Positions 28,401-38,265 of a stretch of DNA of 64,000 bases are shown here, one piece after another (position 1 is the stretch's first letter; each line of letters starts with the position of its first letter). This stretch comes from an archaeon (GTDB lineage: Archaea > Methanobacteriota_B > Thermococci > Methanofastidiosales > NM3): NCBI GenBank assembly GCA_004212155.1, contig RXIG01000001.1:143679-207678 (forward strand). The letters are read 5' to 3'. Below the pieces are notes generated by a model. It did not search any database, was not told where the DNA came from, and saw nothing but the letters and a program-made list of their open reading frames with translations. Position numbers and translations under genes: made by a program.

Positions 28401-29198
28401 TTAAAAATCTTTTGTTTTGAATACTTTGATACCCATTTGCTCCAGGAGGTCCTTGTAGCTTGATCTTTGGGGCGTCCCCTTCCAGTCCAATATGGCCGCA
28501 GATGTCGGGCCGTTCTTTTCGATCATTTGGCGTGCCATGTCCATGCCGAGCGGGAACGCATACCGCGGGATTATGTGCCCTATGGACCACTCGGTCGCAA
28601 GGGCGACGTCGGTGATCTTGTAGGGATAGTGGCCCCCACCAACGCCGATGGCAACGGGGCTTTGGGCCTCTGTGTACCTCGTCGCGGTCATCGTGGCATC
28701 GGCGACGACATATCCTGCCTTCTCGTCGGTCCACTGCTCCATGCTGCTGCCGATCTCTAAGAAGGTCGTTGGCACTTCCGTGTAAGGGCCATGGTGGGTC
28801 GCCTCGAACGACACGTCATAGGGCATGTCATCATTTTTCACATGGTCGCGCATGGTTCGAAGCCCAATGCTTTGAGCATGAGGATTGGCGGGACAAAGCG
28901 TTTTCTCGCGCCCCCCCAGGTCGGCGCTGCCGAAGTTTCCCGGGGCGTGGGTCGAGAGCGTCGGCACCCCCTTCTCCGAAGCATGGCGAGTGATAAAGAA
29001 CAACGCTTCTACTGACGTGAACGTGCGCTCTATAGTGTCTGCGCTGATGGCGCGCAACCCAGTTATATGGAGCGTCACGTCCTTGTCAGCATGAACGTAG
29101 GTGTCATCCCCTTCCCGATCGAAGGGGAAGTGCTCGATGAGCTGTGTCGCTATGTTCATGCCAGCGGGGTCCTGCGACGATGCCACGATAAGGATCAT
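28401..29198 (-). CDS. dtdA: Archaeal D-aminoacyl-tRNA deacylase (DTD2)
   Basis: DPAGMNI, HAPGN, EATHHGP, EIGS and GGGHY motifs. Confidence 0.93.
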   Translation of the reverse strand: MILIVASSQDPAGMNIATQLIEHFPFDREGDDTYVHADKDVTLHITGLRAISADTIERTFTSVEALFFITRHASEKGVPTLSTHAPGNFGSADLGGREKTLCPANPHAQSIGLRTMRDHVKNDDMPYDVSFEATHHGPYTEVPTTFLEIGSSMEQWTDEKAGYVVADATMTATRYTEAQSPVAIGVGGGHYPYKITDVALATEWSIGHIIPRYAFPLGMDMARQMIEKNGPTSAAILDWKGTPQRSSYKDLLEQMGIKVFKTKDF

Positions 29199-29481
29199 GG
29201 GCGAACATGTTATTCGCTCAATTAAAGGTTTGCCTTCTTTGCATGGTGGCATCAGCACCATTCATCCCGCTTTCGTTCATTATATCAATTATTGACATGC
29301 CTTCTCAAGTGAATCGCTTTCCGGTCACCACTACAATATATAAGCGCCATATATGGGTCACCCCTGAATATTTGGCGTTTTTTCAGAGGCATTTGTAGCA
29401 CTTCCCGAGGCCTATCACTGCCCAGGTGCACGGCGTCTCGAATACGATAACCTTTAAAGGAAGACATCGGTAATTATTACC

Positions 29482-30657
29482 ATGGAGCCGAGCATGAAGC
29501 GCGTATATCTTGATAATAGTGCGACTACAGCCGTGGATCGGGCGGTCATCGAGACCATGCTTCCCTACTTCGACAAGGCATATGGGAATGCTTCAAGTTT
29601 CCATTCGTTCGGACGCGAGGCGGCACGTGCCCTTGAATCCGCCCGGGACCAGGTAGCGACGCTCATAGGCGCCAAACCATCGGAGATCTACTTCACTGCG
29701 GGCGGCACTGAATCTGACAACATCGCCATTTTAGGCATTGCATACGCCAATCGCGACAAGGGCAATCACATCATCACATCAGCGATCGAGCACCCCGCTG
29801 TTCTCGAGACGTGCAGGCATCTTGAAGAAAGTGGATTCAAGGTCACCTACCTTCCCGTCGACATCGACGGCCGCGTGTCGCTTTCAGACCTGCGCGATGC
29901 TATCACTGAAGAGACGATCCTTATCACCATCATGCATGCCAACAATGAGATCGGCACGATACAGCACGTCCGTGACATGGGCGCACTCGCACGCGACCGC
30001 AACATCGCATTCCATACGGATGCGGTGCAGTCCATAGGAAAGGTACCCCTTGATGTCGAGTTCAGCAACATCGACCTGCTTTCCATCTCGTCGCACAAGC
30101 TCCATGGCCCCAAGGGCGTGGGAGCGCTCTATGTGCGCGAGGGCACGGCCATAACGCCCGTCATCTTTGGCGGTGGCCATGAACGCGGTCTGCGCCCATC
30201 GACAGAGAACGTCCCCGGCATCGTCGGGTTCGGCAAGGCATGCGAGATCGCGCACAATCGCCTTGACGAGGACATCGAGCACATGTCCTCGCTGAGGGAC
30301 AAGCTTATTAAGGGCATCCTTGATGCCATTCCCAAGTCAGTGCTCAACGGCCCGTGTTCGGACCGTCTTTGCAACAATGTCAACATATCATTTGAGGCCG
30401 TTGAAGGCGAGGCACTCATACTCGCCCTCGATCGCGTCGGCATAGCGGCATCGACAGGGTCGGCCTGTTCATCGAAGAAGTCGACCGCATCACATGTGCT
30501 CCTTGCGACCGGCCTTTCTGAACAGATGGCATACGGTTCCCTTCGCATATCGCTGAGCAGATTCACCACAGAGGATGATATTGGATACGTGCTTGAGAAG
30601 CTGCCACCCATCGTAGAGCGATTGCGTTCGATGTCACCATTATGGAAGGAGGAATGA
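29482..30657 (+). CDS. iscS: Cysteine desulfurase IscS/NifS
   Basis: YLDNSATT, SSHKLHGPKG and STGSAC motifs. Confidence 0.95.
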   Translation: MEPSMKRVYLDNSATTAVDRAVIETMLPYFDKAYGNASSFHSFGREAARALESARDQVATLIGAKPSEIYFTAGGTESDNIAILGIAYANRDKGNHIITSAIEHPAVLETCRHLEESGFKVTYLPVDIDGRVSLSDLRDAITEETILITIMHANNEIGTIQHVRDMGALARDRNIAFHTDAVQSIGKVPLDVEFSNIDLLSISSHKLHGPKGVGALYVREGTAITPVIFGGGHERGLRPSTENVPGIVGFGKACEIAHNRLDEDIEHMSSLRDKLIKGILDAIPKSVLNGPCSDRLCNNVNISFEAVEGEALILALDRVGIAASTGSACSSKKSTASHVLLATGLSEQMAYGSLRISLSRFTTEDDIGYVLEKLPPIVERLRSMSPLWKEE

Positions 30658-30659
30658 AA

Positions 30660-31049
30660 ATGGGATACGAGTTCAACGAAAAGGTTATAGAACATTTTGA
30701 GAATCCGCGCAATGTCGGAGAGATAGAGGATGCCGACATCGTCGAAACAGTCGGTAGCCCCGTCTGCGGAGACATGCTCACCCTCTACATCAAGCTCAAG
30801 GACGACAAGGTAGAGGACGTGAAGTTCAAGACGTTCGGTTGCGGTGCCGCCATCGCCACCTCTTCCATCTTTACCGAGATGGTAAAGGGAAAGACAGTGG
30901 ACGAGGCTCTCAAGATCACTAGCGACGTCGTGGTCGATGCGCTCGGCGGCCTTCCGGAAAAGAAGGTGCACTGTTCCCTGCTAGCACCCGATGCGTTCCA
31001 CAATGCCATAGAAAAATACAAGAAGGAACATGATCCAAAAGAGCAGTGA
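30660..31049 (+). CDS. iscU: Fe-S scaffold IscU/NifU
   Basis: HFENPRNVG, CGD, FGCGAAIA and KVHCS motifs. Confidence 0.95.
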   Translation: MGYEFNEKVIEHFENPRNVGEIEDADIVETVGSPVCGDMLTLYIKLKDDKVEDVKFKTFGCGAAIATSSIFTEMVKGKTVDEALKITSDVVVDALGGLPEKKVHCSLLAPDAFHNAIEKYKKEHDPKEQ

Positions 31050-31536
31050 GACGCTCAAAGAGGTCGTCGAGCGATACAATGACGACCCCGTTGGATGGCA
31101 CGTGACCGTGGGGCGCGACAAGAAGGGCAGAAGCGTGGTCATCTTTCACAAGGGCACGACAGTCTGGCATGTGAAGACCCATCATGTCACACCATATCAT
31201 GCCATCAGCGTCGGCGGAAGCGCCAAATCCAGGAAACCCCCGGGCGGCGGCTCTACACTGACGTTTGGATGGAGACCGCTTTCTTCATCCCTGATGAAAC
31301 GCATCCGACAGGATGTGGAAAGGGGCGGCACGGTGTCATCCGACGTGATACAAGAGATCTCTTCTATAGAACCACGTCCCCTCGATGACCTCCGCGAGGG
31401 TGTGCTACAGGGCCCCTTCTCATTTGCAGACAATCCTGTGCACGCCATCTCCAAGCGTCAAAAGCGCCTCGATGCCATGCTCTCTTCCGAGCTAGACAAG
31501 CTCGTGTTCAAGCAGGAAGGTTCCACCTACGGCTAA
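31030..31536 (+). CDS. Hypothetical protein, probably co-transcribed with iscSU
   Basis: 168-aa ORF overlapping the iscU stop and ending at a convergent gene. Confidence 0.7.
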   Translation: MIQKSSETLKEVVERYNDDPVGWHVTVGRDKKGRSVVIFHKGTTVWHVKTHHVTPYHAISVGGSAKSRKPPGGGSTLTFGWRPLSSSLMKRIRQDVERGGTVSSDVIQEISSIEPRPLDDLREGVLQGPFSFADNPVHAISKRQKRLDAMLSSELDKLVFKQEGSTYG

Positions 31537-32726
31537 TCCCTGAGATGGTCCTTGACGACAGCTGCGAGTCGTCGAATGCCCTCGCGTATCTTATCGTTGT
31601 CCATGTAGGCAAACGTAAGGCGCATGTAGTTGTGCCCACCGTTTACGAAGAACGCACCGCCCTGGACATAGGCCACGTTTTGCTTGATGGCGTCGGAAAA
31701 CATCTCCTTCGCGTCGATATAGTCTGGCAAGGTGACCCATAGGAACATGCCCCCTTCTGGATGCGTCCATGTGACCTCGGGTGGGAAGTATTCCTCGAGT
31801 GCCTTGAGCATGATGTCGCGTTTCTCCTTGTACATCGTTGCAATCCACGGTATGTGGCGATCGATGAGTCCCCTTCGCAGAAGTTGATACGTAATGAGCT
31901 GCACGTACGAGTTTGAGCACAGATCGGTCGCTTGCTTGACGATGACAAGTTTTCGCACCACGTCCTTTGGGGCGCATATCCATGCGAGCCTGAATCCAGG
32001 AGAGAGGATCTTTGAAAACGATGAGAGGTAGATGGTGTGGTCGGGGGCGAACACCTTGACCGAGGCTATGTCCTCGCCCTCGAAGCGAAGCTTTGCATAT
32101 GGATTGTCCTCCACAAGGAGCAGGTCGTATTCCCTGGCTATCTCCGCAAGCTCCTTTCGTTTCTCAAGGGAATAGGTGATGCCCGATGGGTTCTGGAATG
32201 TGGGGATGATGTAGAAGAACTTTGGAGGTGTAGGGAGCGTGTCGAGCAGATGCCGCAGTACATCAAGGTCTGGCCCGTCGTCCTCGAGTGGCACCGTCTC
32301 AAACGATGCCTGGAAGAGCCGGAATGCAGAGAGGCCGCCAAGGTAGCTTGGTTCCTCGACGAGCACGGTATCACCCTTGTCAAGGAACGTCTTTGAAACG
32401 AGCTCGAGGCCCTGCTGGCTTCCGCTCGTGATCAAGATGCTCTCCTCGTCGACCTGCACGCCGACGCTGCGCTCGCGCGCAGCCAAAAACTTTCTGAGTT
32501 CGATATATCCCTCTGTCGTGCCGTATTGGAGCGCCTGTTCGCCCTCGTTGAGCAGCACGCTTTGGGAGATACGAAATATGTCCTCTATGGGAAAAGACTT
32601 AGGGTGAGGCAGGCCTCCTGCGAAGGAGATGACCTCCGGGCGCATGGTGAGCTTGAGGAGCTCGCGGATGTCGGATGCCTTGACACCATGTGCCCGTTCG
32701 GCGTAACGGCTTGTCCAATCGATCAT
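31533..32726 (-). CDS. PLP aminotransferase (LysN/aromatic amino acid type)
   Basis: ISFAGGLP, TFQNPSG, EDNPY and SFSKILSPGFR motifs. Confidence 0.92.
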   Translation of the reverse strand: MIDWTSRYAERAHGVKASDIRELLKLTMRPEVISFAGGLPHPKSFPIEDIFRISQSVLLNEGEQALQYGTTEGYIELRKFLAARERSVGVQVDEESILITSGSQQGLELVSKTFLDKGDTVLVEEPSYLGGLSAFRLFQASFETVPLEDDGPDLDVLRHLLDTLPTPPKFFYIIPTFQNPSGITYSLEKRKELAEIAREYDLLLVEDNPYAKLRFEGEDIASVKVFAPDHTIYLSSFSKILSPGFRLAWICAPKDVVRKLVIVKQATDLCSNSYVQLITYQLLRRGLIDRHIPWIATMYKEKRDIMLKALEEYFPPEVTWTHPEGGMFLWVTLPDYIDAKEMFSDAIKQNVAYVQGGAFFVNGGHNYMRLTFAYMDNDKIREGIRRLAAVVKDHLRD

Positions 32727-32936
32727 ATGATCCCCATCTTACTCTGGTGGCCACGCACATAAACTTTGTTGCTGAGTGTGGGCCGCACGTCCTTTTTCCC
32801 CTCCAATGCAACGGATGCGCACTGTTTTACAAGATTGTCAAAAGATGTAAGAAGTGGTGCTACCACCTCGCCACGAACCAATAATGAAAATTATTTATAC
32901 CTTCCCCCTTGAGTAAGGACTGACAGTGATCGTCCT

Positions 32937-34169
32937 ATGCAGGTACATCAAGAGAACAGATGCAGCATTTGCAAGGGCCACAAGCACCTCTGTGGCCGCA
33001 GCGAGTGTCCCATCCTCCAGAGGGTCAGGATCAGGTCCTCGATACTCCCCAAGCTCTCCCAGGACATCTTCGGTTCGTCGCCATCCTCTATATTCGTGGG
33101 CAGCTGGAACTACCCCAAGGTCTACGTTGGTCCCCTCGTACCGCCCGTCATCGGCGATACGTCAGACATGGACCACCCTGAATCATGGTTTGGCAAGTCG
33201 CTTTCCGACATCATCGAGTTCCGTTCGAGCATGGTGCGTTCCAAGGACTCCCACGACGTCAACGCAGTGAGGGATCCAAATCGTTCGATCATGCTTATGC
33301 AAGAGATCGTCATGTCCGACAAGCCCGTTGACACAGAGCTCTCGCTGGAGAAGAAACCCCGTTTCTCGTTCAAGTTCAACGAGTTCTCCCCGCCCTACGG
33401 ACCCAGCGAGGTCATGCGCAAGCTCGATGTCACACAGAATCCTCACATACCCCGCGTGGTCGACTCCGTCCACAACGACGAGCTCGCCGCCAGCGACGGC
33501 ATCAGGCGCCTCTACGAGAAGGAGATCGAGGTATCGCACATATCAAAGATGCTCTCCGCAGGCATACTGGGCGACCCGAAGCGCAGGAAGTTCGTCCCGA
33601 CGCGATGGTCGATCACGGCCACAGACGACATCATCTCCAAGCAGATGATCGACGATATCCGTACGTATCCGCAGATCTCAGATACCCTCATCTTCCACGC
33701 CCATGATGTGGGGAACACGCTTGCAGCAGTGCTCGTCCCTGGCATATGGTCGTACGAGTTCCTTGAGTGCTGGCTTCCGGGCGCCCTGTTCTCGGGTGGT
33801 TCGGCCGTGCCCCAGATCATCTCCGACTGGGAATACTACCAGGGCCGTAAGACATATGCGAAGATTATTGCAGGCGCGTACTACGCCGGGCGCCTTCCGG
33901 TAGCCGAATATCTCGAGCACGTGGGGCGCCAGGCCACATGCTTTGTCATTATGGAAGTGGATCCCTCATACCACACCCCTATAGGCGTATGGCGCATACG
34001 AACCATCCTGCGCGAGGCGTTCTCGGCACGCCCTGTCTCGTGCGAATCGACACACGAGGCGTTTAGCTACCTCTCATCCGTTCTTCACTTGCCAGGCACT
34101 GACTACATGGATGCGTCGCAACTCCTTCATTTCTCCGAGCGCCAGAAGGTGCTTGATGAGTGGTTATAA
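32937..34169 (+). CDS. nreA: Nre family DNA repair protein
   Basis: CSICKG..LCG...CP, FVGSWNYP, VPTRWSITA and C-terminal PIP box QKVLDEWL. Confidence 0.9.
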   Translation: MQVHQENRCSICKGHKHLCGRSECPILQRVRIRSSILPKLSQDIFGSSPSSIFVGSWNYPKVYVGPLVPPVIGDTSDMDHPESWFGKSLSDIIEFRSSMVRSKDSHDVNAVRDPNRSIMLMQEIVMSDKPVDTELSLEKKPRFSFKFNEFSPPYGPSEVMRKLDVTQNPHIPRVVDSVHNDELAASDGIRRLYEKEIEVSHISKMLSAGILGDPKRRKFVPTRWSITATDDIISKQMIDDIRTYPQISDTLIFHAHDVGNTLAAVLVPGIWSYEFLECWLPGALFSGGSAVPQIISDWEYYQGRKTYAKIIAGAYYAGRLPVAEYLEHVGRQATCFVIMEVDPSYHTPIGVWRIRTILREAFSARPVSCESTHEAFSYLSSVLHLPGTDYMDASQLLHFSERQKVLDEWL

Positions 34170-34225
34170 CTCAATTTTGCATAATTACCCAAAAGTTTAT
34201 TAATCTACGTTCGCGAGCCTCTCCC

Positions 34226-34735
34226 ATGGAAACGCGCGACATAGCCATACGCGCTGCATTCACAGCACTCGTGTTCATCGCAACGGCCGTCATACCCCCC
34301 CTACCCATCGCGGCATCGGGAGGTTATCTCAACTTTGGCGATACGGCCGTTTATATCACCGCGCTGCTTTTTGGCAGCTACACGGGTGCGTTCGCTGGCG
34401 GCGTCGGCTCTGCGCTTGCAGACCTGTTTCTCGGATTCGGCGCCTTTGCCCCTGTGACGTTGATCGTGAAGGGCACTGAAGGATTTGTCGTGGGCTACCT
34501 GGGAAAGAGTGCGGGTACCACCACTCGCATCATCGCCCTGGCGCTTGGCGGTGTCGTGCTCGTCGCTGGCTACTTCGTCTTCGAGGTCGCAATGTTCGGA
34601 TACCCTGCCGCCATAGGCGAGGTGCCGTTTAACATGCTTCAATTCGCCGTGGGCGCGATGATCGCAATCGCCGTGGTAAGGACGGTCGAGTCGCGCCTCA
34701 ACATAGACACGACTGATGATGGGCCCCGTCCGTGA
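34226..34735 (+). CDS. ECF transporter S component (HmpT-like)
   Basis: GGYLNFGD, GVGSALADL and TLIVKG motifs. Confidence 0.85.
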   Translation: METRDIAIRAAFTALVFIATAVIPPLPIAASGGYLNFGDTAVYITALLFGSYTGAFAGGVGSALADLFLGFGAFAPVTLIVKGTEGFVVGYLGKSAGTTTRIIALALGGVVLVAGYFVFEVAMFGYPAAIGEVPFNMLQFAVGAMIAIAVVRTVESRLNIDTTDDGPRP

Positions 34736-34806
34736 TGCGTGATGGTGCATTCTAAGAAAAGCGGACAGCCCACCTGGCGACTGTCACACGTGGGTCGTGG
34801 CATCGC

Positions 34807-35277
34807 TTATTCCTTCTCGTTTTCACAGTGATGAAGGCCCGTCTCTTCATATATCTTGTAATGTTCAAGCCAGAAGGGGGACTCTGGGGCTGTTTCAACG
34901 AACCTGACAAAGGTTCTGAGCTTTTCTATGGTAACGGGGTGCAAATGGTGTTCCATGATGCATGCGTCATCATCAGCCACCGAGGGGGGAACACCTATGA
35001 TCTCTAGAAACGTGCGTATTATCGTATGGCGTCGCTGAACGGCCTTTGCAACCTCCTTTCCCTTCCTCGTAAGCTTGACACCCTCGTATTTCTTGTGCAC
35101 CACGAGTCCCTCGTCATGGAGGCGTTTGAACATCTCGGCCACGCTGGCGGGGGTCACGTCAAGGGACGCGGCAACGTCCTTGGTGCGTGCATGGCCCTTC
35201 TCGCTCACGATGGCCAGAATTGCCTCGAGATAATCCTCGAACTTCCTGCTGTAGGGGTGTTGTTCAATCATTTTCAT
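34807..35277 (-). CDS. DtxR/MntR family metal-dependent regulator
   Basis: EDYLEAI, RRHTII and DACIMEH motifs. Confidence 0.92.
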   Translation of the reverse strand: MKMIEQHPYSRKFEDYLEAILAIVSEKGHARTKDVAASLDVTPASVAEMFKRLHDEGLVVHKKYEGVKLTRKGKEVAKAVQRRHTIIRTFLEIIGVPPSVADDDACIMEHHLHPVTIEKLRTFVRFVETAPESPFWLEHYKIYEETGLHHCENEKE

Positions 35278-35412
35278 CCACATGGGGCTAATGTTTTAAA
35301 GGTTCGGCTTCCCAAACAATATTTATCATACATTTAAAAATGTGAGGGGCGATGAGTGGATTATAAAACGCATGTGACCAAAATCGGTCAATATACTGCA
35401 TTATGATACGAG

Positions 35413-35432
35413 TTATGAATATATATTCATAA
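35413..35432. promoter_or_regulatory. Perfect 20-bp palindrome TTATGAATATATATTCATAA just upstream of a TTTATAAA box
   Basis: Read directly; lies between the divergent dtxR-like and mrp genes. Confidence 0.5.
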
Positions 35433-35477
35433 AATTTATAAATGTTTCCGCCATACCCCGCTCAAGGAGGAACCTCT

Positions 35478-36263
35478 ATGAATGAACAGATGGAGGAGCA
35501 AAATCAAAAGATCCAAGAAAGATTGGAAAATGTCAAGCACCGCATCGCCGTTGCAAGTGGCAAGGGCGGCGTGGGGAAATCGCTCGTGAGCGGTCTCCTT
35601 GCCAGTTATCTAGCGAAGAAGGGATATTCCGTCGGCCTGCTCGATGCAGACATCACAGGACCCAGCATACCTCGCATGTTCGGTGTTGCCGGCATTGAAG
35701 GAAAAAGCGACAAGGGAATTCTCCCCCCGTCATCCGCCAATGGCGTTAAGATCATGTCACTCAGCCTCGTCCTCAGCGATAACAGCTCGGCAGTCATATG
35801 GCGTGGACCAATGATATCCAACGCCATCCGGCAGTTCGTATCAGATATCGACTGGGGAGACCTTGATTACCTGATCGTCGATCTTCCCCCAGGGACGAGC
35901 GATGCGCCGCTTACCGTCATGCAGATCCTCAATCTCGACGGCCTCGTCGTCGTGACATCGCCCCAGCAACTCGCGTTTGAGATCGTTCGCAAGGCCATCA
36001 ACATGTCAAAAACGATGAACGTGAAGGTGCTCGGCCTTGTTGAGAACATGGCATATGCCATGTGCCCCCATTGCAACGAACGCATCAATCTGTTTGGTGA
36101 TACGGGCGGCGACATCCTGGCGAAAAAGGCTGAGGTCCCCTATTTGGGCAGCATACCTATTGACCCAAGGATCTCGACGCTTTCTGACAGTGGAGGCATC
36201 GAACAGTACGAGAACGAGGACATCGACAAGATCGTTGACAAGATCATCGAGAACGTGGATTGA
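35478..36263 (+). CDS. Mrp/NBP35 (ApbC) Fe-S cluster carrier ATPase
   Basis: SGKGGVGKS, DADITGPS, WRGP, DLPPGTSD and CPHC motifs. Confidence 0.93.
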   Translation: MNEQMEEQNQKIQERLENVKHRIAVASGKGGVGKSLVSGLLASYLAKKGYSVGLLDADITGPSIPRMFGVAGIEGKSDKGILPPSSANGVKIMSLSLVLSDNSSAVIWRGPMISNAIRQFVSDIDWGDLDYLIVDLPPGTSDAPLTVMQILNLDGLVVVTSPQQLAFEIVRKAINMSKTMNVKVLGLVENMAYAMCPHCNERINLFGDTGGDILAKKAEVPYLGSIPIDPRISTLSDSGGIEQYENEDIDKIVDKIIENVD

Positions 36264-36300
36264 TACGTTCTCCTCTTTTTTATTATATGGGGCTCCTGAT

Positions 36301-37161
36301 ATGCAGATCGTGCCACGCTGTTTTGGATGTTTCATTCGACAGGCCGAGTCGGTATGCGACGTGTGTGGCGTCACGGGCAGACAACGCAGTTTGGTACTAC
36401 GCTCGGTCTGTGAGGTACTTTCCAAAGCTCCCCTTGACGTGCCTCCTCCTGTCGTTTCCGATGATGTGTATGGATGTATCCGCAATGAATTGGGCATCGA
36501 CGACCCCTATGCGGATCTCAAGCATGAGTACAACGAACAGGCGCTAGCGCATTATCCTGCGTGCAGGGAACTCATAGAATCATCCGACCAACCGCTGCGC
36601 ACCGCGCTCCAGCTTGCGATCGTAGGCAACGTGGTCGACTTCGGGTGCGACACTGCCTTTGACCTCGACGCTTCGATCGGGGCCGTCCGTGAGCTCCCCC
36701 TCTCCGACCGTCTTGTCGATACGCTCGATGCTGCGTTGCGGAAAGCCTCGTCCCTCGTCTACCTTACCGACAACTGTGGGGAGATCGTGTTCGACCGGCT
36801 CGCGCTCGAGCTTATCATCGACCGGTATGGGCCAAAGACCATCGATGTTGTTGTCAAAGGAGGGCCATGGATCAACGATGTCACCGCAGACGATGTTGCA
36901 TCGGTAGGCATATCCTCGCTTCCTTCCGTCAATATCGTCGAGGTGAGCAACGGCGATGAGGGCACGGGCATGGCACGGCATTCGTCTGCGTTTCATGATT
37001 TCATCGCCGGCCACGAAGTGTGTATCAGCAAGGGCCAGGCGAACTGGGAGCTCTTGTCCGAAAAGAGCAACATCTTCTTTTTTTTCATGGCAAAATGCCC
37101 GGAGATCGCTTCTTCATGCAATGCCGAGCTCGGTGAGCCAATTGCCTACCTCTCGAAATAG
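36301..37161 (+). CDS. ARMT1/DUF89 damage-control phosphatase
   Basis: RCFGC, DPY..LK, GNVVDFG, DNCGE and ISKGQANWE motifs. Confidence 0.88.
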   Translation: MQIVPRCFGCFIRQAESVCDVCGVTGRQRSLVLRSVCEVLSKAPLDVPPPVVSDDVYGCIRNELGIDDPYADLKHEYNEQALAHYPACRELIESSDQPLRTALQLAIVGNVVDFGCDTAFDLDASIGAVRELPLSDRLVDTLDAALRKASSLVYLTDNCGEIVFDRLALELIIDRYGPKTIDVVVKGGPWINDVTADDVASVGISSLPSVNIVEVSNGDEGTGMARHSSAFHDFIAGHEVCISKGQANWELLSEKSNIFFFFMAKCPEIASSCNAELGEPIAYLSK

Positions 37162-37334
37162 ATGGCACCGTCTCGCATGGCCCTGTCTACATTCGAATGC
37201 GCAACGGGCATGGTGACACAATCGACTTCGTCGATACACGTATGAAAAAGCATCAGTGCTACCGAGTTCATGTGCCAGTTAGTCTATCGTTGAACGGCAT
37301 ATGATACCGGATTTCGACGGCGATGGTATATGAA

Positions 37335-37356
37335 GTTCCAGTGGAAACAAAGGGGT
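37335..37356 (+). promoter_or_regulatory. Canonical-looking archaeal origin recognition box GTTCCAGTGGAAACAAAGGGGT
   Basis: TTCCAGTGGAAA core plus G-string, in a 270-bp gap between convergent genes. Confidence 0.75.
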
Positions 37357-37431
37357 ATAAATAGGTTTTAAAAGGCATGGGTATTGGCTTCGCATATCCC
37401 TTTTTTCCTTTCGACGATAGATGATGCCGTC

Positions 37432-38265
37432 CTATCGCTGGCTCGTGCTATCGTTGTATCGACGCATGAACCAATCGATGCCAAAGTCGACAAGTCCTCG
37501 TTGTTCGAGCAGGTACGACTCAGCGTTTCCCACCTTCCCAGTGATGCCTCGGCCTTGTTCCAAGAAATCGGAGAGTATCGAGGGAAAGAGGTCTGAATTG
37601 TCATCATAGTCCTCGTACTCCTTCCATATGCGCTCCCCGTGCTCGAGGACCGGACTGCCACGAGGGATGACCTTCTTCTCGAAGGGCGCACGTGCCTCAG
37701 CCAGATGGAGTATGGTGTTGCGTAGCGTGCCTATGAGCAGGCTGTATCCTCCCTCATCGCACATCTTTGAGAGCGGTGACCCCTCCCCGAAACTGTATGA
37801 AAGCGGATGCCCCTCCATGAGGCGCTCGGCCAAGAGCCCCACGGCTACGAACGAATCCGTCGGATGGTATGAGCGCACTGCGCCGGGCCATGCGCGAAAC
37901 GTCTCGGCGACCTTCCCCATGGCGCGCGTGGGAGTAACGTCGGGGCGATAGGGCGGCGTGTGGTCGCGGATGGGCTGCCACCATGATGGCGGTACGGGGG
38001 GATTTTGCCATCTCGATGGTTCGGAGTAGTCCCCCGACATGGAGGGCATGACGATCGTGCCTTCATTCCCCACCGCCTCGAGCAGGGCTTCGATGACGGC
38101 GACAGGTCCCCCGGCGACCCATCCAATGGTCGAAAGCGACGTGTGGACAAGGAGTACCATCCCCTTCCTTACACCAAGAGCAACGAGGTCGTTTACCATC
38201 CTTTCCCGCGTGATGGGCGCATCCGGAAAGCGGTCGATGACGTCCCGCTCGCTCATCTCAACCAT
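37432..38265 (-). CDS. AAC(3)/YokD family N-acetyltransferase
   Basis: LLVHTSLSTIGWVAGG, GTIVMP, RSYHPTDSF and NTILHLAE motifs. Confidence 0.88.
   Translation of the reverse strand: MVEMSERDVIDRFPDAPITRERMVNDLVALGVRKGMVLLVHTSLSTIGWVAGGPVAVIEALLEAVGNEGTIVMPSMSGDYSEPSRWQNPPVPPSWWQPIRDHTPPYRPDVTPTRAMGKVAETFRAWPGAVRSYHPTDSFVAVGLLAERLMEGHPLSYSFGEGSPLSKMCDEGGYSLLIGTLRNTILHLAEARAPFEKKVIPRGSPVLEHGERIWKEYEDYDDNSDLFPSILSDFLEQGRGITGKVGNAESYLLEQRGLVDFGIDWFMRRYNDSTSQR

Noticed and set aside
37432-38265. Mobile aminoglycoside-resistance cassette
   Set aside because: No IS, integron or compositional anomaly; the family includes many non-resistance members
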